Shown here: positions 35,701 through 49,357 of the stretch, one piece after another
Layout: the number at the start of each line of letters is the position of its first letter
How positions within the stretch are numbered: the first letter of the stretch is position 1
Source of the DNA: Vitrella brassicaformis CCMP3155
Lineage: Eukaryota; Protista; Chromerida
Assembly (NCBI GenBank): GCA_001179505.1
Contig: CDMY01000247.1
Coordinates: 62,001 to 126,000 of the forward strand
Length of the DNA: 64,000 bases
Reading direction: 5' to 3'
Notes under the pieces: generated by a model
The model's database searches: none
What the model saw: the letters and a program-made list of their open reading frames with translations, nothing else
What the model was told of the DNA's origin: nothing
Position numbers and translations under genes: made by a program

Positions 35701-38451
35701 GGGTGGGGCGGGTGGTGAGGCCGATGACGTGGACATGGGTGACGTGGTGGACAACACCGTGGCTCAGGAGGGCATGAAGCGGACGGTCAAGCCGGAGCCC
35801 AGCGATGCCCCCCACCACCATCCCCAGCAGCACGGCGAGCAGTCCGACGGGAGTGAGTGTGAGGATGAGGAGCAGCCGCTTCAGATGCGGCTGCACCGCG
35901 CCAATCTGGACCTCATGAAGCAGATGCGCAAGCGGGTCACCGACCGAGTCAGGGCCCTCACACCAGCCGACAAGGACCCCGTCTACCTGGGCATCTACAT
36001 GAGCAACAAGAAGGCCGCCTTCTTCGCGTCCGTCAAAGAGGAGCCGGTGCCCTATGCACAACAGAAGAAGGGACCGGCCAGACGCGTCGCTGAGCTGGGT
36101 ACACACACACCACCCCACGCACACACGCACATGTATGACGATGGTCCATCTCACTCTCCCTTCCTCTGTCTGTGTGCCATGATGTCACTGTCTGTCAGGC
36201 TTGCGTGGTGCCTTTGCCATGGCGGCGTCGGATCGTGACCGGCTGGCCGATGCCGTGGGCATTCCCCGCCTGCCCGACCCGGCCACGTACGCTGACATCC
36301 TGGAGGAATTCGACAGCGGGAAGGACTCAGATGGACGCGCAGAGCCCAAGCAACCGAGCCAACCGCCTGTGAGTGGCTGAGAGATGCCGTCCGTGACGTC
36401 GCCCTTTCCTTTTCTCTGTCTATGTTGCCTTCAGCCTCCCGTCCGTGGTCGCAGCCGAGGTCGGGGTCGAGTGGGCCGTCCCCCCAAGATACGACGCGTT
36501 CCGCCTCTCGGCTTCGACCCCGATCGAGTGATCAAGCAGGAGAACGGGGAGGGGGTCGTCATGCGGGGCAGGGCAAGGGGCCGCGTGGGTCGGCCGCCCA
36601 CAAGGAGCAGAGGTGGCCGGGGCGGCGGTGTGTCGACGCGAGGGAGGGCCAGGCGGTATCGGGACAGTGAGTCAGATGAGGATGGGGAGGGGAGCGTGGA
36701 TGACGCGGACTCCCTCTATGGCGCACCGGCGAGGCGCCAACGGGACGGCCGCACGAGCGCTGAGATGAAGGCTGAGATGGCCAAGCGCCTGCTGGCAGGA
36801 GATACGGAAGACATGGACATGGACCAATACACAGGTGGTCGGTCGGTGGACAACACACGGCACAGACAGAGAGGCAGGATGCGACGTTGTGTTGTGTGTT
36901 GTGTGTCAGGCGGGGGCCGCAAGCGTCGGCGCAAGACGAAGCGTCACGAGTCGCCGATGGACGTCGACTTCAGTGCATCAGGTGGGCAGGCACCGACGCC
37001 CTCGATGCGCATTTGACATGCACATGGTTTCTCCTTCAGTTGAGAAGAAAGGCAGCATGTCGCCCTCCCGCACCGACGAGCGCATCCGTGCGGCCCGCAT
37101 GGCGGCTGAGATGCCCCTCCCCACCACCTCTCTCTCCCTCGTCTCACCCTCACTCTCATCCAAAGACTACCAGGCCTTCCTGAGCTTCATGCAGCAGAGG
37201 GAACAACAGCAGCAGCAGATGGCGGCAGGGGCGAGCACGGAGCTGGGTGGGCCGAGCCAGAATGATCCCTTCGCTCTGCCTGGCTGTAGTCGTGAGGATG
37301 GCCGTGTCGGCGTGTCCTCTGCGGCGGGTGACGGGGGCTCGCGAGGCGCCAGGGAGGAGCCACCCGGCTTCAAGTCGGTGTTTGTGCTTCCGTTGTGCCC
37401 GGCGGACGTCGGCAAACCCCAGTTCGACGGCAGACCGCCGCTGGTCCCTGCGTCACATGTACCATCCGGCGGGTCGAGTATGGTTGAGTCGCCCTCCGGC
37501 CGACAGTCGTGGCTCGTGCCGCTCAAGCCTCCGACTACCAACCCGATCGTCGAGGGCCGGCGCCCAGAGCCTGCTGCGTCAGCGAGCGGGTGAGCGGGTC
37601 ACGGGGCGAGACAGATGCAGGCTTGTGTGAAGTGGGTGGTGGTTTGTTTGTTTGAAATGCAGTGTCGCTTTGTCTGCTCAACTGGCCCTCACTGACGGTA
37701 TGGCTGGAGTGTCGGCGGACGCTGAGATGGGGAAGGAGGTTTGCCAGCTCAAAGGCGACTGGACTGAGTACATCGGTGCCATGAAGGCCTCGCAGCGACC
37801 CGACCTGCTGGCTGTCGTGCCCTTCTTTGAACACGTGAGCAGCCCCATCTGCTGTCGTGCAGGTGGCCATCACACTGCATCTGTCCTGTCTGCAGGGTGA
37901 GGGTCAAGGTTTGCCTCCGAGTGAGGTGCTGGCGACTCTCCGCGACGACCGCACCGTGCTGTGTGATGCCATGGGTGTGGCACACCCCTCGACGCTTCTC
38001 GACCTTCTCGCCTTCCTCACGGCCGGTGGGGATGTCGGCAAGATGGACACCGGCATGGCGGCCGATGGGGAATTCGCGGCCCTCACCCAGATGGACGCCA
38101 TGTGGCTGTCTCGCGCCCTCAAGGACCACAACGAGCAAAGCGATGCTCTCAAGATTGCCATTGAGCAACTGGCAGACACCATCACGAAGGCAAGCCAGGA
38201 AGCATTGGATGCAGTGCGGCACACGTGTGTCACAGTGTGTGTGGTGTGCATGTCAGTTGGAGATCTCTGGGTCGACTCTGTTGCGTCTGTTCAAGTACCG
38301 CAGCAGCGGGTCGTCCCCCCCGCAGCCGAGTGTGGAGGAGCAAGTGGTGCGTGAGATGGGGGTGGAGCTGCCGCTGAGGGTCTACATCAAAGTCAGGCAC
38401 ATACTCAAGAACGCACTCAGAGACATAGGGGCGGTGGCCACGGCCGACTGA
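32771..38451 (+). CDS. Large multi-exon nuclear protein: coiled coil, three AP2-like repeats, two AT-hooks, C-terminal SAM-like domain
   Basis: Three related units (PLGVC..MREAYREAIKIRN; PLGLS..LREAVECAVEKRN; YLGIY..LRGAFAMAASDRD); GRVGRPPK and GRVGRPPT; basic NLS-like runs; EISGSTLLRL..REMGVELPLRVYIKVRHIL. Could be more than one gene. Confidence 0.6.
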
Positions 38452-39092
38452 CTGATTGAGACGCCACGTCCGCACAGTTTTTTTCCTATGGATGTGTCAA
38501 GCATGGCGCCTTCGTGATTGACTCGTTTGTGGCCCGATGAACTTTCTGGGGCTGGATCGGCGATGAGTGTGGATGAACGTTTTTTCCCAGCGATTCTTTG
38601 TTTCCTCGTGGCAGTGAAGACTTGAAATACCACCGTCCAACCTTTGTTTGAACGGCAGACCATGGCCATGTAACAACACAAATCCATGAGGACATCACAA
38701 GCACTTGCACACGATGTGTGTGTGTATGGTGCACACATCCATCCATCCATCGATGCCCATTTCGTTCGGCTCCCATTTCTTAGCGATCGACGAGTTCATT
38801 CGAATCCACTGTTCAGTTCAGGTACTTCCGTCCGTCCGTCCGTCAAGCCAAAAGGCGTGTCTTGGCGGGGCGAGCAAAGACACAGACATTATGCATGCAA
38901 ATCTGATCAGCCAGTCTGTCTGTCGACTGTACACGCAGTCAATGTACATATGCACAACAGAAAAACAGGCAGCTAGCAAGGCCTCTCAACTCCCTTGCCC
39001 TCCCCTGTCAGCCCTTCCCTCAGGTAGCCTGCACTCGCCTCCCTCCCTCGCCCCCTGCATGCCTCCCCGCCCTCCATTGGTGTATTGATTGA

Positions 39093-39670
39093 TTATCCAG
39101 CCGTGATTCTGTCGAGTTCGTCTTTGGCCTCTGTGCTGACTGTCCTGAAGTCATCGATGAGTTGTGGGAGGGAGTCGAGCTGGTTCTTGTCCACCGCCAA
39201 CTGAATGGCCTCGCACGTCCTCTGCAGATGATCCGCTGCCGCATACCTGAGGGAGGGATCCATCGACGGGTGGATGACATGACATACACGAGGGCAAGGT
39301 GTTGCTGTGGGATGTGTGTGTACGAGGCTGACCCTGATGAGCCCTTGAGGGCGTGGGCGTCTTTTCGCATCGTCTGGTAGTCCTTCTTGTCCCATGCACT
39401 CAAGATGCTCGCGACCTTCGTCTGAGTGTCAGCAGACAAACAGCGACCACACAGACGAGAAAGAAAAACAAATCATGAAATCATCAATCGATGACTTTGC
39501 GTGCATCGTGCATCCTTCCTTTGATCAATTCCATTCTGTGGGCTCCTGTCCTGCCACGCAACGCAGCTTACTTGGAGTTCTTCCTTGTATCTGCCCAGCA
39601 GCATGAGGAAGGTCTCCTCGTCGCCTATTATCTCCGCCCCCTTGCCGATGTCAAAGTGCTTGTACGACAT
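39093..39670 (-). CDS. Stand-alone histidine phosphotransfer (HPt) protein, ~113 aa, 3 exons
   Basis: MSYKHFDIGKGAEIIGDEETFLMLLGRYKEELQ|TKVASILSAWDKKDYQTMRKDAHALKGSSG|YAAADHLQRTCEAIQ...ITAG*; canonical HxLKGSS motif. Confidence 0.9.
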
Positions 39671-40054
39671 CGACGGATGGACAGGTGGCCACACACCTTC
39701 AGGGGACCGACGACGATGAGCAACGACGCAGAGAGCAACCAGGGCGGGAAGTCTTCGCTTTTTTCACTGAAGAGCACTCAGCAGCACTGCAGGGGGTCGC
39801 CAGGACGTGCTGGGACGCCTCAAATTATGATTTTCATCTCCTCCCTCTTTTCAACAGTTACACGCACCCTAAATCACCACTGGTCGAGATCTTCGTGGCA
39901 AAATTGGCCTCAAGCGCCTTCCGGCGTAGCCCTCACGCGAGCCATCAGGTGTGTAGCTTGTTGAGCGGCTTTGTCCTGATCACAGAGAGCGTCATCCGGC
40001 GCTCGCCCCCTCCGTCGCTCCCCTGTTGGCCATCTCGGCTGAGTGGCTCCTGCG

Positions 40055-43000
40055 ATGTTTTCCTGGTTTCGCAGGGGCAACAATGAGGCCAAGAAGAGGA
40101 CGGCTGTGTCGATATACCACTACCAGCTCTCGGACGTGAAGAGCCTCCGCGCTGAGGTGGTGGTGCTGCCCAATGGCAACGTCGAGTGCACCTTCATTGC
40201 ATCCCATGACGACCTGGTAAGGGGCACACACCATGCTCATGCACAAGTCGGCCTTGTGTGGTCACCCTCTTGTCCTGTGTGTGTTGTCATGTCATGTGAC
40301 GTCAGTTGCTTCACTGGGGGGTCCAGTGGCCTCACTCGCACTGGGAGTACCCGCCCTGCCCCCTCCCGCCCAACTCACGGTCGCACCATGGTCGGGCCAT
40401 GCAGAGCAAGCTCAAGCGCAACGCCGACGACAAGCACCCCGACAAACCTGCCGTCACCGTCACTTTCACACCGCCAGACATCCCACTCGCCGCTGTCTGG
40501 GCCGTGCAGGACCGCTCATCACGCGACTGGTACGCCTACACCCACTCGACAATAGTGCAGCATTCCTACGCCCTGATTCGTGTGTGCAGGTACAACAATC
40601 ACCAGAGGAACTTCGTGTGTCCGCTCAAGGAGGGCGTGTCGGCTGAGGGGGCCGTGGAGCCCGCCGGCGTCAAGAAGGAGGTCAGGTGGGTAGAGCAGAA
40701 GGTCAAGTCGGCGCGTGTCGAGGCGCTGGGGCGCGCCACCCCTCCCCGGACGAACGTGGTGCCCGCCACCAGTGGCGCGAGCCACCACCACGGGCCGGAC
40801 GAGTCGTCGCCTACGATGAGCGAGAAGGAGAGGGCGTGGGTGAAGCTCGAGGACCCCGCCAAGAGGGAGAGGGCCCTGCTGCCCAAGAACGACAAGATTA
40901 TCGTCTCCAAACCTCTCACCCTCTGCTTGCCCCCCGACGTCAGATCCATAGCCAACGGATACACCATCAAGCCCGAACCGGTATGCAGCAACACACACTC
41001 GCACACACGCAGAGTGTGGTCGTCGCTCATCGGTTCTTTGTGCTTGTTGTTTTGTGGGCAGATGATCGACCTGAAGCCGCCCACACCGAAGCCCACCCAC
41101 AAGCGGACCCACTCGCACACCCATACGCCCACACAGCCGCCCGTGAGCGCGTCAGCGGACAGCCTGCAGAAGGAGATGGCCCTCCACTGCAAAGCCCCAC
41201 TCGCCGAGCGATGCCGCTTCTCCATCACATACGAGGGCGCCACCATGCCCTCGGCCATCGGCGCCAAGCAAGGGGCCTCACTGGTCATCGTCGCCCCGTC
41301 TGCCGGCGATCGGTCGCCTTGTGATGCGTATCGGTTTGTGATCCTGACGGACTACTTGCCTGAGAGTCGGCTGTTTTTGCACTGGGGTGCGAGGTTCGAC
41401 GACAGCGGTGACGCGTGGCAGACGACGCCCGAGAGCTACTGGCCCGAGAGGACTAGGGAAGACATGGGAGGTGAGACGGATCCAGAGGGAGGGAGAGGGA
41501 AAGAAGCGATGGCATAGTGATGGTTTTGGTGTCATGTTTGTTGTGCGTCAGCCATAGAGAGTGACTTCTTTGGTGGCAAGAACGTTGGCGTACTCAAGAT
41601 AGAATTCGAGCTGCCGGTAAGCGAAACACCGACCACATACTCCTCCCTATCTATGTATGCCCCCCCATGTTCTCTTCTTCTCTTCCCGCAGCTGCCCCAC
41701 GGCGACCACTCGCATTGGGTAAATCAGATCCAGTTTGTCCTCAGAGACGGGTGGCGGTGGATGAAGAACGGTGACAATGACTTCACCCTAGACATCTCGA
41801 GACCCTCAGGACACGGGCACCATGAAGGACCGCCACAGCGCAGGGCATCCTCACGCACCGACACCCACCATGCCGATACCCACCAGCAGCAGCAGGAGGA
41901 TGTGGCTGAGCAGCAGCAGCAGCAGCAGCAGTCGGTGCGCGCGCGCACCCCGCCCCCCGCCGTCAAGATGCCCGATGCCGTCCCGCCAGCTGCGAGCAAC
42001 TTCTCCGGCTTCAGCGCAGTGCCCCTTACGCATGGGGCCAACCACCACGACGTCGAGAACTTTCAACACACCTCCGGATGGCTCGGTGAGGGGGAACAAC
42101 GAGACAGGAGAGAAAGGAATCCGACAACCTTTCCCCATTCATGTGTTGGGTGTGCCTTGCCTGTGTCAATCCAATCAGTTGACACCATTTGCCATCGCGA
42201 GAACGAGGCGCGTCGTTCGCTGATGCACCGCTTCACGATCCTGAACGAGCAGATGCGCAACATCCGGGACAACAGCGGCGGGCTGACGCCGCCCCAGTGG
42301 CACTTCCGGCAGAACCTGCTGTGCCTCATGGCGTGGGCGAGGTACTACGCCGTGCGGCAGCTGGTGTGGAACCACAACTACAACGTCAAGCCGCGGGAGA
42401 TCAGCTCGGCACAGGAGGCCCTCATCTACACGTGTGCTGACATGTAAGCCGACAACAAACACCCACACAGGCACTCACCTATTGGCAGCGGTGGATACGT
42501 AAATGGATTGTATTTTGTGATCGTGTCTGTTGCCGTTGTGATAACTCAGCTTCAAGTCGTTGAGCTGTGGTGACGATTTGTCGGTTGAGTGCCGCGAGGT
42601 GCTGCGGCTGTTCTTCAGACAGATCGGCCGGGGAGGACAGGGCAACCAGGTGGGTGGGTGGATGGGCGAGGGCCGGGGAAGGAAACACTAGACAAGTGCG
42701 GAAATGCTGTCTGTCTGTCTGTCTGTCTCATATTCGCATCAGGGTCAGCGCATCCGTGACGAGATTCTGGTCCTGCAGCGCGAAACGGACACCAAAGGAG
42801 GTGTGTAATGCGCCACACCGCACCGCGCCACGCCCACATTCATCCATCTTTCCATCTGTGTCTGCGTGTGGGTGCTGATGTATTGTATGCAGGCATGATG
42901 GAGGAGTGGCACCAGAAGATCCACAATAACACCTCCGCCGACGACATCGGCATCTGCCTCGCCCTCCTCGCTTACGCCCAGGACCTCGACATCAACAAAT

Positions 43001-46000
43001 ACTGGGCCACGCTGCAACAACACGGCATCGACCGCAACAGGCTCGCCTCATACGACCGGGCCATCTGCAGCGAGCCACACTTCAGGAAGGACCAGCAGCG
43101 GGGCCTCATCGACGGGCTCACACGATACCTCCGCACCCTCAAGGCCGTCCATGCGGGCGCTGACATGGAAGCCGCAGCAACACGGTATTCCCCCACGCAC
43201 AGACAGCGCAACGCACCTAAAGCGAAACGATCTCTCGCTCTGTCTGGCTGTTTGCAGCATGTTGGGGTACGACGCTGGCGAGTGTCTGGGCAAGGTGACC
43301 AAGCAGGACCCATCTCGGTGGCTGCAGCTGGTGCCCGACCTGGAGATCCGTCTGCACCACCTCCTGGCCCTCCACCGCGAGATGTCTGGGGTGAGTCAGC
43401 GGCGCCCCGACGACGCTGCTGGACGGCCGGACAGCGAGGGGATGGTGGCCGTGACGCAGAGGCTCGACTACATGGTGGCCGCGACCGCACTGAGGGAATA
43501 CCTCGGGTGGACCCTCCATGAGCCATCAGGTGGGCTCAATCAGAGCATCCACTCATCTGATTCTCTGGATGAATGGATGGTCTTGTGTGTGTCAGAGCTC
43601 AAGTACCAGCAGCAGTATCGTGTGATTGTCGAGGACAAGCAGCGGATGGCGGCAACAGACAGGGGCGTCAAGAGAGGGGCCGGTGGGGCCCGCAAGCAAA
43701 CCGACGTTGCGGCCGTGTGGAGCCAGGGGAACGTCGATTACGAGGGCTCTCGGCTGCGATCGAGTTTGGGACAGGTCAAGCACGCGCTGAACGACTCGAC
43801 TCTGCTGCTGGACATACTCTTCCTTGACATGGCACTCGAAGATGAGGTGGGTCAGAATCAGAGGAGGCAACGGAGGAGGTGCGGTCACCGTTGCCCGTCT
43901 GGTGTTTTCAGATTCGCACAGCTGGTGAGGGCTGCGCCTCGTTCACGTCGATGAACCACGGACACAACCTGTCGCCCGCAGCCATGCAGGAACGACTCAA
44001 AGTGGTCAGTCAGTCAGCACGCGCCCCCTCACACCGATCACCACCTACACATAAGGATTCTCTCTCTCTCTTATCTCCTTCTCTCCAGGCTGTGGCCGTC
44101 TCTGAGTGGCTGATTGTCAACACTGCCCTAACGATGAAGAGCCTCCACACCGACGCATCTAAGGCGCACAAGGCCGACGAGCTGCAGACCCTCGGCCACT
44201 GCCTGGGCGGCTGGCGGGCCCTCTACCGCGACCAGCCGGCGGGGCTGCAGGGCGGCCTGCGCCTCCGGGGCATCTGCGAGCGGCTGGAGCTGTGGATGCA
44301 GGACGAGGGGCATCGGCTGACGTCACTGCTGCAGCCGTCTGGACAGGTCGTGGGAGATGCGCTGCAATGCGATAGGTGGGTACCTGGCTGACAGAGAGTA
44401 CGGGGCATGCGTGACATGATCGTTCTGCGACTTTGCTGCACATGCCAGGCACGTTGTTGGTACGTATGCCGAGGAGCTCCTGCGCGGCTCTTTGCTAGCG
44501 GCCATCTCGGGGAGCATCGAACGCATAGTGCAGGTGAGGAAGAGTCACAGACACCATGCCATGATGGCCAGTACGCCACTGGAATCCTTCCCCGGTTCGC
44601 AGGGCGGTCGTCGTGTGTTTGGCTTCTCGCCATGGGAGTTGATTAGTGCGGTCAAGGATGGCGTCACGGGTGACGTCAGGGAATGCAACAACCTCGCCGA
44701 CGTACAATTCGAGCGGTGAGCTGCAACAGTCAGGATGTCACTTGTCAGGTCTTCATGGGTACGTGTGTGTGTCAGGTATGAGCATGCGACCATATTGATA
44801 GCGTGGCGCATGACGGGCGGCGAGGAGATCCCCATCGGGTGTGCGTCCCTCATCACGCCGTCATCTGTCGACATCCTCAGCCACTCGGCGGTGAGGTCGC
44901 ACCATATGCGGCACGCACAATGCACCCTGCAACCTTTTTATTCCTCTGTGTGTGTCTGTGTGTGTTTTGCAGGTCCGCAGCCGTAATGCGGGGGTGTTGT
45001 TGGCTTCCTGCAGCGACGAGTCGACGCTCAGGCGGCTGGTGGACGACATCAAGGGCAAACGGCAACACCACGAGAGCGTTCATGCCAGGTGAGGGGACAC
45101 AAACAACACACACGGCATAACACAGCACGGCACGGCCGAATGGTTGTATCACTCACTGTCGGCCTCTGCGTGTGATGTGTGCAGTTGGTCAGATTCCGAC
45201 GGCGGTCAGATTATTTTTCATCCCTGCGCCGGACAGCCGGCCCACAAGTCGGACAACACCAACAACGCCGCCCTCTTCGCCGGTCTTACTAGAAGAGACC
45301 TCCAGGTAACGATGACAGACAACACATCCAAACACCCAGACAACCGAACCACACATCTTCTCGCCCCCTCTCTGTGTGTCTGTCCGTTGCAGAAACCTCG
45401 CGTCCCCAAGCTGCCCCTCGGCTGCACGCCCCATTTCCCCCCTCTCGGCGAGGCCCTGGCGGCCCACCTGCTCCCGCTCAACGCCCAGTTCAGCAAACAT
45501 GAGCTGCTGGGGGCCAAGGCGAGGAACCTTCACACGCTGGCCTCGACGGTCGGCACCCGGCTGCCCACGCCGGCGTCGGTGTCGCTGCCTCTGGGTGTGT
45601 GCGAGGAGGTGGCCATGACGGACTCGGCCAACCGCAAGGCCTGGGATGAGGTCAGACGGCTGGAGCCGATCGTCATCGAGAAACTGCACAATGGAGATGT
45701 GAGCACTAACGAGAGAGAAGAGGGGATCGGTCCTGCATGAGTGTTTTGTTCTTTTTTGGGTTTTAGAATTGTTCCGACGAGCTCAAGACTCTTCGCAAGC
45801 TGACGCTGTCCCTGTCGGTGCCGTCTGCGGCCCAGCTGTGCAAGAGCATCCTCTCCCACCTCAACGTGCAGCCCGTCAGCGACACCCGCGCCCTGGGCAA
45901 CCACCTCTGGAAGGCCATCAAGGAGGTCTGGGCGTCCAAGTACAACGACCGCGCAGTCATCGGCTGCTACCGGGCCGGCATCGACCCCATGGGTGTCCGG

Positions 46001-46756
46001 CTGGCCGTCCTCATCCAGCCGATCGTCCCGGCCGTCGTGGCCTTCGTGCTGCACACGCGCCATCCCGGGATGGAGCACGACGCCCACGACTGGGTGTATG
46101 GCGAGGCGGTGCAGGGGCTCGGTGAGGCGCTCGTGTCCAACGAGCCTGGCCGGGCGCTTGGGTTTGCGGTGCGCAAGTCGAACCCGAGGGAGGTGAAGGT
46201 GACGTCTTGGTGGAGCAAGCGGAAGGCGCTGAGGGTGCAGAAACACAATGTGGGGGGGCAGGACGCGCCCACCTTCATCTGCAGGTGAGACAGTGAGAGT
46301 GAGGGAGTGGGATACGTGACAAACAAACATGGCGGGAGTGGAGTGCACCATTCTGCTGTTGGTAGGTCTGACTCCACTGCTGAGGATTTGGAGGGCCATG
46401 CGGGAGCAGGCCTCTATGACTCTATCATCGCCCCTGAGGTACACACCACACCCAAACAGACACGGGACACTCCCAAAACCCTCATCGTCTTTCTGCTCTC
46501 TTGTTTTCAGGGCGGCGTCTCGTGGGATATGGTCGACCTGACGAAGGAGCCCTTCCGCGACCCACAGCGCAGCCCCGGCCCCCTAGTGGGCCACGCCGCC
46601 CTGCCCATGACACTTGATGAGCTAGCGGGGAAGCTGTGCGACGTGGCCAAGACAGTTGAGGAGAGCTGCCACGGTCGCCCGCAGGACGTAGAGGGGGTCG
46701 TGACGGAGACGGGCGAGGTGGTGATTGTGCAGACCAGGCCACAGGTGGGCATCTAG
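40055..46756 (+). CDS. GWD: Alpha-glucan, water dikinase (GWD/R1-type)
   Basis: Two CBM45-like LHWG..W motifs, SLMHRF, RQLVWNHNYNVKPREIS, GQRIRDEILVLQR..KGGMMEEWHQKIHNNTS, phospho-His region DILSHSAVRSRNAG, AIKEVWASKYNDRA, GLGEALV, RSDSTAEDLEGHAGAGLYDS, QDVEGVV..QTRPQV. Confidence 0.95.
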
Positions 46757-47075
46757 TGCCTGAGAGGGGGAGGGGGTTGGGTGGGTGGTGCTAGGTTGGT
46801 TGGTTGATAGTGATGTTTGGGCGGGCTGGCTGGGGAAGGAGGGAGGGGAAGAGCCGAGGGTCAGAGAGAGCAGAGAGTGGTGGTGTGAGCGGCAGATAAT
46901 TCACCCTGACCACACCACACCACATGTGGGCCCTCTTTTTCCCTCTGCAAGCTTGCTAGTGTCTTCATCGGTAAGGGGAAACGACCGAGGGAGGGAGGGT
47001 CGATTGCATGGCTTCATGAGTGTGTGTTCCTATGATGATGCCGATGCTGATGCCTAACTATGACCTATGAAATAT

Positions 47076-47127
47076 GTTGTGTGTGCGTGTGTGTGTGCGT
47101 GTGTGTGTGCGTGTGTGTGTGCGTGTG
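47076..47127. repeat. (GTGTGTGTGTGC)n-type microsatellite, representative of many intronic/intergenic simple repeats
   Basis: Direct reading of the sequence. Confidence 0.9.
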
Positions 47128-49357
47128 CATTTGAGTGCAATATTGCCTTCTTGGGGCCGGCTGGCTCTCTCGCGAGCAGCAAGTTTTGGAGAGCCCCTGG
47201 TGCTCTGGCGTGGTGTGGTGTGGCGTGTGCTGTGTCGTGTTGTCTATGTACTTTTTAAAACCAATTCCATGCACCGCCGTCTGTCTGTCCGCTATCCATC
47301 CACAAAACACGGTGCCTTCGTCCATTCATTCCTTCATGTGTGTGCATGTGTGTGTTGCATGTGTGCGTATTTTTTACTTCTTATGCAACCAGCTGTCCGC
47401 CTGTCCGCCTTGTCTGTCTGCCTGGCTGTTTTGTGGATGATGCATTCCCGTCGTTCATTCATTCGTTGACTCACGTGTCGATACTTCACCCCGCGTCCGT
47501 CTGTTCGCCTGTTGGACCGTTGGTCCGCCTGTCTGTGCACGCGCCATTCTCAGGGTGGGTGTACAAAGCAACCAAGGTGGGAGGGGCGTGGCTGCTTCGA
47601 GAAGGATGGTAATACGGTGTCCTTCTCGCCTGGCATGTGGGTCGCCCACGTGTGTGTCTTTGTGGATCCATCCATCCATCCATCTCACTCACTCACTCAC
47701 TCAGCATGGCCGAGATGGGATCCACACGTCAGAGAGATTTTGTGTGCACCACACTGACTGCGGGCGAATCACTGAGGAGGGAGGGGGAGCATCGCGTGAA
47801 GAGGGACGAACAACACTTGCTTATAGGCCATTCGAGCGATCGATGACACATGCATGCATACATACAGGTGGCTGGCTGGATTAGAGAGCTTCTCGACTGT
47901 GCTGACTTCTGCTGGACGAGAGCCTTTTTTTGCCATATTGCATTGCATGATGATGCGTTCTCTTTCATCGGCTTCGCCCGCCTTACCACCTACCTGCCTT
48001 CCAGCCTGGCTCGCGAGTTGGGCCGCCTACTTCTATCTATCTCCATCAATGGCTCTTTTATAACCCTATGACCCTATACTTACTGCCTGCATACCGACCC
48101 ATATCATCTTACAGATGCCCATGCACTGATCCTCATCTCTTTCAAGCGAGGGAGCTCATCAGACAGACGCCAATTGCAATGTCCGTTTGTCGGTCGATCG
48201 GTCGGCTGGATGCTTTTCCTTCCCCTTTGTCTTTCTCTTCTTCTTTTTATTGTGACTATCCTTTCTCGTCGTCGTGGGTTACTTGGTTGTGTTGGCTGTC
48301 GTCTGTCTGTCTGTCTGCTGGTCGGTCTGCCTGGTGCCATCAACACGCACGCCCTCGAACATCCGATGATCACATTCACCAAAACAACCGACCTGTACAG
48401 AGCGTGCATGGATAAGGAGGTTAAGGTAAGGTACGTACGGTGCGGCAGACAGCTGCGTAGTGCGCGCAGGGAGGCTGTCCTGTCCTGGCTTGTCGATGGA
48501 TGCATGGATGGATTGAGTGATCGATTGATCGTCTTGCATGGCGGGATTTTGAATGGCGCGTGATGACATTGCATGGGACCTCTGCATCACGCGCATGAAA
48601 GAGATTGAGAGATAGAGGGGAGAGAGCTCAATATGTCTCAAAAGCAACACTCATGCGATTAACGACACTGAGCAACAGCACTCAGACAGACACTGAGGAC
48701 AAGACCAGCAGAGACGAGACACGCACACATCCCCACACCCCACGCCACACACAGTACGTCGACCCCGAGCTCTCTTCCCTTCTCCTGCAATGCACGACTG
48801 TCTGCCTCTTTCAGGCAGGAATCCACCCACACACACGCATACACACACATGCCCTCAATGAATGGCAAAAAAGTGACACCACAGAAATTACGATACAGCC
48901 CACAGTCCCTCTCGGGCCTTTCCCCCCCCTCCATGTGAAAATTGTACGTGTGTACGATGTTCATTTCGTATGCATTTTCGTCTGCGGTCGCCGCAGCGAC
49001 AAACTTGGGCCCCACCGGAAGGAGGCAAAGGACAGCAACATGCAGGTGCCAGCGATATTACCCAGCAGTTGTTGTATGAACCCTGCATGCATTTTCCGCC
49101 ATCTCTCCGCCGAAAAACCTTTCAGTCTGCTGTGTATGTCGGCGAGAAACCTACCTAGACCTTTCACCCGACCGCCTCTGGCTGGGCCGACTCGCAAAGA
49201 CAAACACAGACTCACTCGCACCGAGGGAGACGGCGCCCTGCACTGACCGTCAAAAGGCACATGTGCAAAACCTCACGGAGGCCACGAGACATGCATCAAA
49301 ACACCCACTTGCATCCCATCCTCCCCGTATGCATACGATCATGAATGTCACTCGTGG

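Noticed and set aside
46760-49350. Many short ORFs between GWD and the Ca-binding gene
   Set aside because: Simple-repeat-rich UTR/intergenic DNA between convergent genes; no coherent splice path.
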